From IMG/VR virus record IMGVR_UViG_3300015050_000913, positions 5,385-69,384 of that record: a stretch of 64,000 nt of DNA. One strand, 5' to 3'. Shown in pieces: positions 55,235 through 64,000 of this stretch. Within the stretch, counting starts at the first letter, position 1. Each line of letters starts with the position of its first letter. The stretch comes from a virus (taxonomy: Duplodnaviria; Caudoviricetes). The translations under genes and the position numbers were made by a program. Under the pieces are notes generated by a model. It worked only from the letters and a program-made list of their open reading frames with translations, did no database searches and was not told the DNA's origin.

Positions 55235-55743
55235 TGGCTAAAAGACTAACTGATTCTGAAAAATGGAATGATGATTGGTATATATCATTAAGTAATGATT
55301 ATCGAATCATTTGGCAATGGTTATTAGATAATTGCAACCATGCTGGGATATGTAAAAGAAGTATGAAGTTGTTAAATATGATGTGCAATACTGTAATTTC
55401 AGAACAAGAAATGATAGAAAATATGAGTGGTAGAGTTATTGCAATAGATAATAACTGGTTCATTCCTAAGTTTTTAAAGTTTCAATATACAGGACTACAA
55501 AGTAACAAACCTGTTATAGTTTCAGTAGTTAAAGAGTTAGAAAAATACGGTTACGATAAATTAATTCCTGAATCTTTTGGCAATGATTATTTAATCATTA
55601 AGGATAAAAACAAGGATATAGATATATTAGTTAAACTAAACACAGAAAACAATGGAAAGCAATTCGTCAATTTTAAAACACAGGGGGAAGATTTATTCGC
55701 TAAAAGAGATAAAGAACATAGAAGTCAAGCTGACAAACTTTGA
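55234..55743 (+). CDS. Replication initiator/replisome-organiser-like protein
   Basis: MAKRLTDSEKWNDDW..WLLDNCNHAGI N-terminus; KDKNKD linker; upstream of primase-helicase. Confidence 0.55.
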   Translation: MAKRLTDSEKWNDDWYISLSNDYRIIWQWLLDNCNHAGICKRSMKLLNMMCNTVISEQEMIENMSGRVIAIDNNWFIPKFLKFQYTGLQSNKPVIVSVVKELEKYGYDKLIPESFGNDYLIIKDKNKDIDILVKLNTENNGKQFVNFKTQGEDLFAKRDKEHRSQADKL

Positions 55744-56143
55744 AGATAAAGTAATAGATGCTCGTTTAGATGGTTTATCTTTTAATCAAATAGATGAAAA
55801 TAAATTAAGGTGGCACGTTGACCAAATAATGTTGCGTGGGGCAGCTATAAGTGGGTGTGCTATTCCTGCTACAGAATTTTTTGCAGAAATAATAAGCGAA
55901 GAACTTACGGAATATATTTTAAACTATGGTTATAAGGAGTTAACTTATTCTGAAATTTTATTAGCATTAAGGATTAATTCAAAAGGGGGTTATAGGTTTC
56001 CTACTGGCATAGAATTAGAACCCGTTACGTTTTTTGGTAACTGTTTTAATATTGATTATTTTTCAAAAGTGATAAGTAATTACATGGCTATAAGGAATTT
56101 ATTGGATAGGAAATTACAAAACATAATAGACGGAAACGTATGA
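55652..56143 (+). CDS. Putative helicase loader/accessory replication protein
   Basis: Position between initiator and helicase. Confidence 0.4.
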   Translation: MESNSSILKHRGKIYSLKEIKNIEVKLTNFEDKVIDARLDGLSFNQIDENKLRWHVDQIMLRGAAISGCAIPATEFFAEIISEELTEYILNYGYKELTYSEILLALRINSKGGYRFPTGIELEPVTFFGNCFNIDYFSKVISNYMAIRNLLDRKLQNIIDGNV

Positions 56144-58212
56144 ACTGTCAAGCATTAAATGATATGGAAGGTTTACAGTTTGTTGCTGTAAACGCATTTA
56201 AAAGACCCATTGTTAAAGAATGGCAGTACACGATAAAAAAATATGACCTTACTGATGTAGTAGGAGTTGGATTAGTTTGTGGTACACCTTCTGGTAATGT
56301 AGAGTGCTTGGATATTGATTTAAAATATTCTCTTGACCCTAAATTATTTGATAAGTATAAAAAACTTGTTCATTCAGCAGATGATAAATTATTAAACAAA
56401 TTAGTAGTTCAAAAAACTAAAAGCGGTGGTTATCATTTAATTTATAGGTGCAGTAAAATTGGGGGGAATATAAAATTAGCGAATAGACCAACAACAGAAG
56501 AAGAAAGGGCAGATACTTATAAACGCACATACGATAAGGAAATATTAGAAAGTAAGCCTGATGATATTGCGAAAAAGATTGCAGAAAAAGCAGCTAAGAA
56601 CGACAAGGTTAGGGTATTATTTGAAACTAGAGGGATAGGCGGGCAGTTTGTGTGTCATCCAACAGAAGGTTATGAATTTGTGCATGGTGACTTATATGGC
56701 ATAAATGAAATAACACCAGAAGAAAGAGAGATAGTTTTAGGTGCTGCAATGCAATTCAATGAAGTTGTTAATGAAGTTGTAGTCCCAAAACAGTCATACC
56801 AAAACAAGATTAAGGGTGTATCTCCATTTGAGGATTATAACCAACGTGGGGATGTGGTTGGGTTACTACAAAACAATGGATGGAAAGTTGTGGCACAAAA
56901 GGGTAGTAAAACTGTTTTTCTTAGACCGGGGCAAACTACTTCACAGAGTTCAGGAAATTACGACCATGATAAAAAATGGTTTAGCGTATTCACAACAAGT
57001 ACAGAATTTGAACCACAGCACGCTTACCTGCCATACGCTGTTTATGCTATACTTGAATGTAATAAAGACTTTTCAGAAGCAAGTAAAAAATTGTATGAAT
57101 CAGGATATGGTGAACGGGAAGATTTAAAGCCAAAAGAAAAAGAGAAAGCACCAAGTACAAGGCAAATACCGTCAAGGGTTAATCCTAACGATGATGACTT
57201 TTCTTTTTTAGCAAAGCCCGAAGATTATGAGGAATATTTACAACAGGTAATAGACGGAACATTGCCTATGGGTTTAACGACAGGTTGCCCGTCATTGGAT
57301 GAACATTTTTTGCTTAAAGAAGGGAATTTTGTAATGGTAAACGGTACTGATAATGTTGGTAAAACTAAATTTATTTGGTATCTACAATTATTAGCTGCGA
57401 TGTATCATGGGTGGCAGGGTGTGATATTTGCAAGTGAAAATACATTGGGTAGTTTTATGAGAGCAATGATACAGTTTTATTGGGGTAAGCAATTAGCAAG
57501 AAACTCTAATTGGGGTATGAGTGAAACTGAATATAAGATAGCAAAGCAGTTTGTAGAATCACATTTTTTACAAATTAAAGCACAAGAAGATTTGTTTAAT
57601 TACAAGGATATATTGAACATGATTAAGAAAGTTAAAAACAAATATCCTAAGTTTAACCACGCCATGATTGACCCTTACAACTCACTGAAAATTGATTTAA
57701 GTGGATATAGTAAATTAAACACACACGAATACCATTACGAAGCGTTAAGTGAATTAAAGGCATACGGGCATCAAAATAAGTTTGGTTTTTTTATTAACCA
57801 CCACGCAGTTACAGCAGCAGCAAGGGCAAAAGATGGCGAAAAGAAATATCCATTAGCACCAAATAAAGCTGATACCGAAGGTGGTGTAAAGACAGCAAAT
57901 AAAGCTGATGACTTTTTGACCATACACAGGATTACACAACACCCGACAGATTGGATGATAACAGAAGTTCACGTCAGGAAAATAAAGGAAACAGAAACAG
58001 GGGGAAGACCAACTTCATTAGACCAACCCGTAAAGTTTGAAATGTATCGTGGTGGTACTGCCTTTTTAGAAAGACTTGAAATGGGTGGAACGCCTGTTGA
58101 CCCCGTACAGGCATGGCATAATAAAAGAGAACCAACACAGCAATCTATTGATTTACCACCAACAGTAGTAAGTACATGGAAGCCATATAAAGACAATGAC
58201 GTAAACTTTTAA
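56140..58212 (+). CDS. Bifunctional Prim-Pol primase / RecA-type (DnaB/Twinkle-like) helicase
   Basis: ECLDID, TKSGGYHLIY and ETRGIGG primase motifs; GTDNVGKT Walker A, MIDPYN and INHH. Confidence 0.8.
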   Translation: MNCQALNDMEGLQFVAVNAFKRPIVKEWQYTIKKYDLTDVVGVGLVCGTPSGNVECLDIDLKYSLDPKLFDKYKKLVHSADDKLLNKLVVQKTKSGGYHLIYRCSKIGGNIKLANRPTTEEERADTYKRTYDKEILESKPDDIAKKIAEKAAKNDKVRVLFETRGIGGQFVCHPTEGYEFVHGDLYGINEITPEEREIVLGAAMQFNEVVNEVVVPKQSYQNKIKGVSPFEDYNQRGDVVGLLQNNGWKVVAQKGSKTVFLRPGQTTSQSSGNYDHDKKWFSVFTTSTEFEPQHAYLPYAVYAILECNKDFSEASKKLYESGYGEREDLKPKEKEKAPSTRQIPSRVNPNDDDFSFLAKPEDYEEYLQQVIDGTLPMGLTTGCPSLDEHFLLKEGNFVMVNGTDNVGKTKFIWYLQLLAAMYHGWQGVIFASENTLGSFMRAMIQFYWGKQLARNSNWGMSETEYKIAKQFVESHFLQIKAQEDLFNYKDILNMIKKVKNKYPKFNHAMIDPYNSLKIDLSGYSKLNTHEYHYEALSELKAYGHQNKFGFFINHHAVTAAARAKDGEKKYPLAPNKADTEGGVKTANKADDFLTIHRITQHPTDWMITEVHVRKIKETETGGRPTSLDQPVKFEMYRGGTAFLERLEMGGTPVDPVQAWHNKREPTQQSIDLPPTVVSTWKPYKDNDVNF

Positions 58213-58215
58213 CCT

Positions 58216-58389
58216 ATGCGTAATAAATTTCTAAACATTGCATCTTTAAAGTTCCTTTATCGTATGGCAAGGATGAATATAAAAAGAAAGGCTAAACCAT
58301 TATCAAGACCAATGACCGATGTGGAATGGGAGTTGGCACAAAGTCAGTTGGAGGAAATAAAATTAGAACAAGGATTAAAAACATTTTAA
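58216..58389 (+). CDS. 57-aa hypothetical protein
   Basis: Translated by hand; fills the gap between neighbours. Confidence 0.5.
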   Translation: MRNKFLNIASLKFLYRMARMNIKRKAKPLSRPMTDVEWELAQSQLEEIKLEQGLKTF

Positions 58390-58392
58390 CTT

Positions 58393-58755
58393 ATGCCAGA
58401 GATAATCAAAGAAACCTTTAAAGACACTTCCTATAACCTTGCCAAAGCATTACACTTTGCAAATGTAAGTAGGCAGTATTTTGATTTATTGAAAATAGGG
58501 AGTTCGGGAGAAACTAAAAACTTATTCAATCAGTCAATTATGCGATTGGATTGGGTGTACCATAATATCTACGATAGGCTTAGTCAGAATAGTAGGGATA
58601 TTTTAAAGAAGGAAATGGCAGACAGTTTGGTCTTTGACGAAATATTAAATCGTCTTATCTTACTTGAACCAAACCAAAGAGAAATAATTGAAACCATTAT
58701 AACACAATTATCAAAAGGAGAAACCATTGAGTTTGTACAAAAAAATAATTATTGA
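58393..58755 (+). CDS. Hypothetical protein
   Basis: 120-aa ORF. Confidence 0.6.
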   Translation: MPEIIKETFKDTSYNLAKALHFANVSRQYFDLLKIGSSGETKNLFNQSIMRLDWVYHNIYDRLSQNSRDILKKEMADSLVFDEILNRLILLEPNQREIIETIITQLSKGETIEFVQKNNY

Positions 58756-59042
58756 TTATGGAAGACAAACACCAACTTGAAGACTTAAAAGGTATCTGTA
58801 ATTACAAAGGGGTTACCATTACTAAGCTAATTGGCAAAGGGTACTTGGTACTTGGTAAAAAGGTAGATAGTCCACATCAGGTGGATGAAGCTATTGAAAG
58901 GGCAGGGGAAGCCTTAAAAGAAAGCCTTGTGTACCCTGTTACTGTAAGAAATGGATTTAATTGCCAACAGACGCAAGGAAGTGCCGATATTTTGGCAGAT
59001 AAAGGTACTGGTGGCACTATGTATCCATGTGAGGGTATTTAA
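58752..59042 (+). CDS. Hypothetical protein
   Basis: 96-aa ORF. Confidence 0.55.
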   Translation: MIMEDKHQLEDLKGICNYKGVTITKLIGKGYLVLGKKVDSPHQVDEAIERAGEALKESLVYPVTVRNGFNCQQTQGSADILADKGTGGTMYPCEGI

Positions 59043-59078
59043 TGAAATTTGGGCAAAATAAAGAAAAATAATAATGTT

Positions 59079-59600
59079 ATGAATAGTAAAGATTTATTCC
59101 TTAAAAGCCTATCCGATTATTTGGATTTGGAATTTTCAGACTTTGACAAGAAAAGAATATTGGGTTATTTGGATGGGTATGTGGCAGAAGTAGTGGATAC
59201 CAAACCACAGGTAATAACCAAAGTAAGGACTGTTTACAAGTATGTGGGAGAGGATTTAAAGGAAAAATCACAAGCTGATACCAATGTTATTTTGGCAAAG
59301 CCATCTGAAATAATAGAACTTATAAGTGAATATACAAAAGTATCATACAATCAAATGGTAGGGAGAGATAGGCACTCAAAAAACATTGTGGCAAGGCACA
59401 CAGCCATGTATTTCATCAATAAAATTTGCCACCTTACCTTATCTGATACAGGTAGAATGTTTAACAAAGACCACACAAGCGTATTAAACGCAGTTAAGAA
59501 CGTAAAGAACATGATAGAGAGTGGAGATGCAAGGTATATATCTTTATTTGAGTTTGTATCGGGTAAGTTACCCACTTATGAATTTAAGAAAACAGCGTAA
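59079..59600 (+). CDS. Protein with DnaA C-terminal (domain IV) HTH
   Basis: VARHTAMY, LSDTGRMFNKDHTSVLNAV. Confidence 0.75.
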   Translation: MNSKDLFLKSLSDYLDLEFSDFDKKRILGYLDGYVAEVVDTKPQVITKVRTVYKYVGEDLKEKSQADTNVILAKPSEIIELISEYTKVSYNQMVGRDRHSKNIVARHTAMYFINKICHLTLSDTGRMFNKDHTSVLNAVKNVKNMIESGDARYISLFEFVSGKLPTYEFKKTA

Positions 59601-59627
59601 CCCAATTTGATACCACCACATAAAACC

Positions 59628-59658
59628 AAAGCCCGATGTAGAAACATCAGGCTTTTTT
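59628..59658. terminator. Probable bidirectional terminator
   Basis: AAAGCCCGATGT-AGAA-ACATCAGGCTTTTTT between convergent blocks. Confidence 0.7.
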
Positions 59659-59699
59659 CTTTACCCTTAAAACTAAAAACTAAGATTTAATATTTTGAT

Positions 59700-60017
59700 T
59701 TATCTTGACATCCAAACTTTAATATTTGTAGCAAGTGGTTTTTTCTTTTCATCAAGGTAACAAACAAATTGCCAGTAGTTTTCACAGTTCATACATAGCA
59801 ACCCCGGTTCATTGGTATATTTCTTTCGCACGTTTACTGTATATCCATTAAGGATAAAAACGATTGAGCCACCGGGGATATTGCTGTCATAAGATAACAG
59901 TTCACACTTAACAGTATCAAGGTTACCAACAGGAATGGTATCAGCCGCTTTTTCCCAAAAGACCTGCCCAAAACAAAATGTAGGAAGTATTGTTATAAAA
60001 AATAATAGCTTTTTCAT
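59700..60017 (-). CDS. Small exported protein
   Basis: Signal peptide MKKLLFFITILPTFCFG|Q; CxxC motif. Confidence 0.6.
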   Translation of the reverse strand: MKKLLFFITILPTFCFGQVFWEKAADTIPVGNLDTVKCELLSYDSNIPGGSIVFILNGYTVNVRKKYTNEPGLLCMNCENYWQFVCYLDEKKKPLATNIKVWMSR

Positions 60018-60039
60018 GTTATTTGTTTTTTTTAGTTGT

Positions 60040-60279
60040 TTAATATTTTGGATGGTCAGGGTCTCTTTTTGGATTTTCGCTTTTTAGGTTGGAATAAAAA
60101 TTAGCTGCCACTTCATTAAACATTTCCACCCCACGACTATAACTTATTTCTTCTTTATCCATAAGTTCCAATATATCCCTTACATTAGCTACTATGAATG
60201 GTTTATTTTTACCGTGTTTTGGAATGGATATATCGGTTGGGTTACTCCATTCATACGGGAAATCTCTATCGTCTGCCAT
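60040..60279 (-). CDS. Hypothetical protein
   Basis: 79-aa ORF. Confidence 0.55.
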   Translation of the reverse strand: MADDRDFPYEWSNPTDISIPKHGKNKPFIVANVRDILELMDKEEISYSRGVEMFNEVAANFYSNLKSENPKRDPDHPKY

Positions 60280-60337
60280 ATTTTTTATTTTTTAATGGTT
60301 AATGGTTTTATTTGGTTAAGTTGGATATTAGCATGGG

Positions 60338-60601
60338 TTATTCAACAATTAAGTCTTTTTTAAGTTCAAAGAAAAAAATACTACTTGGTTTTATTTTTGA
60401 TTTGTAATAAGTTTCACAACTTTTAATCTGTAAATCAAGCAAATAAGTAGCCTTTTTTCTTGTTTCTGCTTTAATAACTCTACCAACATTTGTTAGTGTT
60501 TTATCATTACCAACCTCAAAATAAGCGTACCAATATTTTGTAGGAATATCTATAAAAGAAGTGTTTAAAACAACAATAATAAATAGGATAAACTTTAGCA
60601 T
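60338..60601 (-). CDS. Hypothetical protein with N-terminal hydrophobic segment
   Basis: 87-aa ORF. Confidence 0.5.
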   Translation of the reverse strand: MLKFILFIIVVLNTSFIDIPTKYWYAYFEVGNDKTLTNVGRVIKAETRKKATYLLDLQIKSCETYYKSKIKPSSIFFFELKKDLIVE

Positions 60602-60716
60602 GGGTTAGGGTTTAAGATGTATAATATTTTACAATTCTACAAATCCTTCTTATTAAATATACATCGTGGTAAACGTGCATATTGCGAATAAATCTTAATT
60701 GTCGTTGTTTGATGGG

Positions 60717-61382
60717 TTATTTATTTGGTGGTGAGGGAAGGGGTTGCCAGTGGGTAATACTTTTTAAAAACATAGAGTTAATGCCTTTCCACCCATCGTC
60801 ATAAAAAGCAGTTTTTATATTGTTATACTTGTATTCACTGCCATAAACTAATACATCTTGTATATCATCCGGCAACCTATCATCAACGCTTATCCACGCA
60901 TCTGATGGTGCTGTGGGTGAGGGGTGGGCATAGCGTTCAAAATGGTCAATAATGATATTAGCAGATGATGGGTCTAATATCCTATTACCCATTAGCCATG
61001 AAAGTAAATTTTCTTTTAGTTCTTTACTATACCCACCTGTCTGCTCTTGGGATAGCCATTCGATAACTGTAAGTGAATAGGATATCTCAGAATTATCATC
61101 AACAGTGCGCCACGCAACATCATCTTCATTAACTCGTTTTAAGTACGCCCCAATTTCTTTACCACTTTCCCATTTCATTTTTACAAATACAGGTGTATCA
61201 TAATCCGGTAACATTTCACTTGCCTTTACCCATTGCCATAGTTCCCCACCTGTCTGCTGTGGTACTGGTTGCTGGGAGGCGTATTCTTCCATAGCGGAAA
61301 TTACATTATAATCATAAGTAGAAATTATGCCATCGTCAATATCTGTGTACTTTTTTAATATTTCTTCTGCTGTCTTTTCCAT
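60717..61382 (-). CDS. DUF551-like repeat protein
   Basis: WVKASEMLP and WISVDDRLP..ITHWQPLPSPP. Confidence 0.7.
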   Translation of the reverse strand: MEKTAEEILKKYTDIDDGIISTYDYNVISAMEEYASQQPVPQQTGGELWQWVKASEMLPDYDTPVFVKMKWESGKEIGAYLKRVNEDDVAWRTVDDNSEISYSLTVIEWLSQEQTGGYSKELKENLLSWLMGNRILDPSSANIIIDHFERYAHPSPTAPSDAWISVDDRLPDDIQDVLVYGSEYKYNNIKTAFYDDGWKGINSMFLKSITHWQPLPSPPNK

Positions 61383-61387
61383 GTTGG

Positions 61388-61732
61388 TTAGTTATATTGT
61401 GAATTAATAAATTTAATTGCATAAACACATTGTTCCCAAACGGTATTAATTGGTGCTGTAATGTAAAGATTAAGGACATCAACTTTATCCAATAACCCTT
61501 CGTATGGTTTCTCAATTAAAACGTAATCTTTAATTTTTGTTACCACAGGCATAAGCCAGTCCCATGATGTGTGGTATTTTAAATTTGTTTCAATCCAAGA
61601 ATCAGGGCGGCAATTTTCTTCAACACCAACAATATCTATTCCGTAATAAAATTTATAATAGCTACCCCCGTTATGTTTACCCCCCATAAATTCAGCTATC
61701 AGCTTATTACCTTTTATCGCTGTCTTTTCCAT
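61388..61732 (-). CDS. Hypothetical phage protein (alternative in-frame ATG at 61801)
   Basis: NKLIAEFMG and LKYHTSWDWLMPVV motifs. Confidence 0.65.
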   Translation of the reverse strand: MEKTAIKGNKLIAEFMGGKHNGGSYYKFYYGIDIVGVEENCRPDSWIETNLKYHTSWDWLMPVVTKIKDYVLIEKPYEGLLDKVDVLNLYITAPINTVWEQCVYAIKFINSQYN

Positions 61733-61826
61733 GTTTATCGTTTTGTTTTGTTTTGAAAAGCTTGTTGCTGGTCTATAAGCCGAATAATCCCATTGTGCCA
61801 TTGTATGTTTTTTTTATCGTTTTACT

Positions 61827-62147
61827 TTATACTGTGATTTTATTTTCTAAGTAATCAGCTACTTCTTCCCCAAATTGCGTAGTATCAAAATATCTATGGA
61901 AACATTCACCTTCCATTTTGTCAACAAAACATTCTCCATCATCCCCATTTTCAAGTTTAAATGTTCCGCATCCTTTACAATTAGCACAAATATTTTCATG
62001 TGGATATTCTGCATCTGTAAGCCTTACAGAACTCCATGCACTGCCATACATATTCCACAAATCACCTTCCATTTTAGTCATGGTTGGTTCTTCGGCATAA
62101 ATCACTAATTCGTCTTTATCTTTAAAAAAATCATCAAACAAATTCAT
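61827..62147 (-). CDS. Hypothetical Cys-containing protein
   Basis: CANCKGC motif. Confidence 0.55.
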   Translation of the reverse strand: MNLFDDFFKDKDELVIYAEEPTMTKMEGDLWNMYGSAWSSVRLTDAEYPHENICANCKGCGTFKLENGDDGECFVDKMEGECFHRYFDTTQFGEEVADYLENKITV

Positions 62148-62152
62148 GTTGT

Positions 62153-62338
62153 TTATCGTTTTGTTTTTAAATAACTATCAATAACATTCTTTGCCCCCTT
62201 AACCGTGGCCAGTGCCAGTACCGACAATTCACCGTCAATAACTACGCCTATCCACCGGCTGTTATATTCGCTGTAATTTACACAACAAATTTCAATGCCT
62301 TTGTAGGTTTCGAGTATTTTGTAGCGGTTGGTTATCAT
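62153..62338 (-). CDS. Hypothetical protein
   Basis: Start MITNRY has an ATGA overlap with the YopX stop. Confidence 0.5.
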   Translation of the reverse strand: MITNRYKILETYKGIEICCVNYSEYNSRWIGVVIDGELSVLALATVKGAKNVIDSYLKTKR

Positions 62339-62694
62339 TTCAGCAGGTCGGGGGTTTCGTAAATGTTGCCGATGATTTCCCATTCTGTTGAATAAGTTAC
62401 AAATTCATCATCTATATTTGTACCAAAAGAGGGGGCTTTATAAATTATAGGCTTGTTTTTGTTATGATAAGAAACAATATCCCCCTCATAAATATCTTTT
62501 CCGTTCTTATCCTGTAAGCCGGTGAATTGCATGAAAATAATATGTTGGTAATAATCAAGGCTGAATTTTGCCAGTTCGCCAAATAATACAACTTCGCCTA
62601 TTAAGGAAAACCCGCCTAAATTCGGGTACTTATACCCAAAAAGCCATTTACCTTCAAACTTATCCCATGCCCTAAATTTTATCTCTCTTTGCAT
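62335..62694 (-). CDS. YopX-family protein
   Basis: REIKFRAWD, MQFTGLQDKNGKDIYEGDIV and EIIGNIYETPDLL. Confidence 0.85.
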   Translation of the reverse strand: MQREIKFRAWDKFEGKWLFGYKYPNLGGFSLIGEVVLFGELAKFSLDYYQHIIFMQFTGLQDKNGKDIYEGDIVSYHNKNKPIIYKAPSFGTNIDDEFVTYSTEWEIIGNIYETPDLLK

Positions 62695-62699
62695 ATTTT

Positions 62700-62906
62700 T
62701 TATTTGTTAAGTTCGTTAATAAGAGCATTGGCACATTCAACAGCATACCTTGCAAGTACATCAACTACAACACCTTCAATTCCACAGGCTGAAATATGCC
62801 CCTGCATTGCCATAGCTGCAAAGTATTCACGTTTGGTTAAGCCTAAACCATAGGCAGTCATTGAACTGGAAGGTATTGCTGTGATTGGTTCTTTACCCTT
62901 TGTCAT
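62700..62906 (-). CDS. Conserved small phage protein
   Basis: GLTKREYFAAMAMQG..AVECANALINELNK. Confidence 0.75.
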   Translation of the reverse strand: MTKGKEPITAIPSSSMTAYGLGLTKREYFAAMAMQGHISACGIEGVVVDVLARYAVECANALINELNK

Positions 62907-62960
62907 ATTTTTTAAATTTAAGGGAGGCGGTTAATAATAGCCTCCAATTATTGTTTTTAG

Positions 62961-63161
62961 TTAATTAATCTCATCATAATTAAAGTCTTCCAAAGGGTAT
63001 AGTTCTCTTAATCTGTTTAGTACTAACATACAGTTGGTAAGGTTCATGGATTTGGCATTGTTAATTATTCCATTCCATACAGGTCTTCCACTTAATTCAA
63101 GATATTCCAAATAGTAAGTCCACCTGTTACACACCGTTTTGGTTATTGTATAGCCTGTCAT
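62961..63161 (-). CDS. Hypothetical protein
   Basis: 66-aa ORF coupled to the upstream HTH gene. Confidence 0.5.
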   Translation of the reverse strand: MTGYTITKTVCNRWTYYLEYLELSGRPVWNGIINNAKSMNLTNCMLVLNRLRELYPLEDFNYDEIN

Positions 63162-63583
63162 AGTTCTTTATTTTTGAGTTCTGCCCAAGTGTAGCAATCG
63201 TATTTAAGGTAGAAAGCCATTGTGTTTTCTTTTGGCTCATTTGAATTATGCTCTTTGGCAGGAATTGTAACCGATACCGTTTTACCCGCTACGGGTGAAC
63301 TAATAGGTTTTACTCCTAAAGTTGGCTTGTGTTCAAAAAATTCCATACCATTAACAGGCAACATTCCATCAGAAAATTCTTTAATCCAATTAACCGATAA
63401 TGGGTGTGGTTTTTCAGAAGCCTCCCACTTGTCAATTTTAAGCTGTGATTTTTTGGACAATTTTCTATCCCCTTTTAAGATTCCTGAAAGATTATTCTTT
63501 GGCAAACCAATCAGCTTTTCCAAATCCGATTTAGAATAACCTTTTTCCAAATCTGCTTCTAAAAGTGCTATGTAGTCAATCAT
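63158..63583 (-). CDS. XRE-type HTH protein
   Basis: SKSDLEKLIGLPKNNLSGILKG; upstream TATCTTTG box (63608-63615, minus strand). Confidence 0.6.
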   Translation of the reverse strand: MIDYIALLEADLEKGYSKSDLEKLIGLPKNNLSGILKGDRKLSKKSQLKIDKWEASEKPHPLSVNWIKEFSDGMLPVNGMEFFEHKPTLGVKPISSPVAGKTVSVTIPAKEHNSNEPKENTMAFYLKYDCYTWAELKNKEL

Positions 63584-63648
63584 TAGTTAATTTTATCGTT
63601 TCTTAGGCAAAGATAGTAGCTTTTAGTTAATGTCCAAATCTTTTTCAA

Positions 63649-63852
63649 CTATTTTAATGAATTTATACCTTCACTAAGCTGATTTAAGTAGTCAGATAGC
63701 TTTAAAAGTTGTGGTTTGGTGAACTTACTGCCACGTTTACGGTTGATTTTCTCTGAAAAAGTACCTGAATGGATGCCCAAATAAGTAGCTATCTCATTGT
63801 AACTCAACTTGTTTTTGATTATAAACTCTATGTGTTTGCTTTGTGCTTCCAT
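63649..63852 (-). CDS. Small Cro/XRE-type HTH protein
   Basis: LSYNEIATYLGIHSGTFSEKIN. Confidence 0.65.
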   Translation of the reverse strand: MEAQSKHIEFIIKNKLSYNEIATYLGIHSGTFSEKINRKRGSKFTKPQLLKLSDYLNQLSEGINSLK

Positions 63853-63903
63853 ATTTATTTTGTTAGAAGTATATTAAAAGGTTAAATAAATAATTTGATA
63901 CAG

Positions 63904-63970
63904 CAAAGATAAGGCATAAAGGAATATACTACCAAATAAAATTGGTATTATCTTTGCAACAATGTTGCAA
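63904..63970. promoter_or_regulatory. Divergent TATCTTTG promoter boxes with a palindrome
   Basis: CAAAGATA 63904-63911, TATCTTTG 63949-63956, TTGCAAC-AAT-GTTGCAA 63954-63970. Confidence 0.5.
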
Positions 63971-64000
63971 TACCTATGAAAGCCAATACAGTCTTACTTA

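Noticed and set aside
60677-60688. 12-bp match (GCATATTGCGAA) to the left arm of attC-like site 3
   Set aside because: Spacing to the nearest AAC is wrong, and there is no complementary arm or GTT core.
84-62108. Many opposite-strand ORFs in the six-frame track (e.g. 84-458, 4356-4667, 25186-25824, 31208-31672)
   Set aside because: They are shadows of longer, motif-bearing genes on the other strand and have no independent signals.
1-64000. Stop-codon reassignment as in some crAss-like phages; CRISPR array; tRNA genes; DGR or retron reverse transcriptase; tyrosine integrase; DNA polymerase
   Set aside because: Long ORFs tile the window under the standard code. No repeat-spacer array, tRNA cloverleaf, YxDD reverse transcriptase, R-H-R-H-Y recombinase or polymerase motif was recognised by eye. 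Dedicated scans were not run.

Overview
This is an AT-rich 64 kb segment of a tailed dsDNA phage with an inferred Bacteroidota host. The host call rests on TAnnTTTG promoter boxes, signal peptides cleaved before Gln, and the absence of Shine-Dalgarno motifs. The virion module looks podovirus-like or crAss-like, and the standard genetic code reads it cleanly. Layout: 1-2505 (+) small early genes; 2573-53948 (-) one long block that, in transcription order, holds NinG, GroES, a glycosylation cluster with gmd, tail ring and stabilisation proteins, large ejection/polyvalent proteins, terminase, portal, scaffold, major capsid, signal-peptide fibre-like proteins and a membrane-rich lysis cassette (a + strand HNH sits at 16073-16711); 54096-59600 (+) replication genes (initiator, primase-helicase, DnaA C-terminal domain protein); 59700-63852 (-) small early genes. 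The main result is an integron-like cassette array at 474-2200. It has three attC-like hairpins of identical geometry, each gene is bracketed by its own exact 9-bp inverted core pair, the array ends in an attI-like half-site, and no integrase is present in the window. Other highlights: an HNH gene that carries a synonymously recoded copy of the portal N-terminus, a PAS-domain membrane protein and two micropeptides in the lysis cassette, a three-copy late-promoter motif, and two pseudoknot/attenuator-like leaders upstream of nuclease genes. All family assignments come from motifs recognised by eye; no database searches were run.
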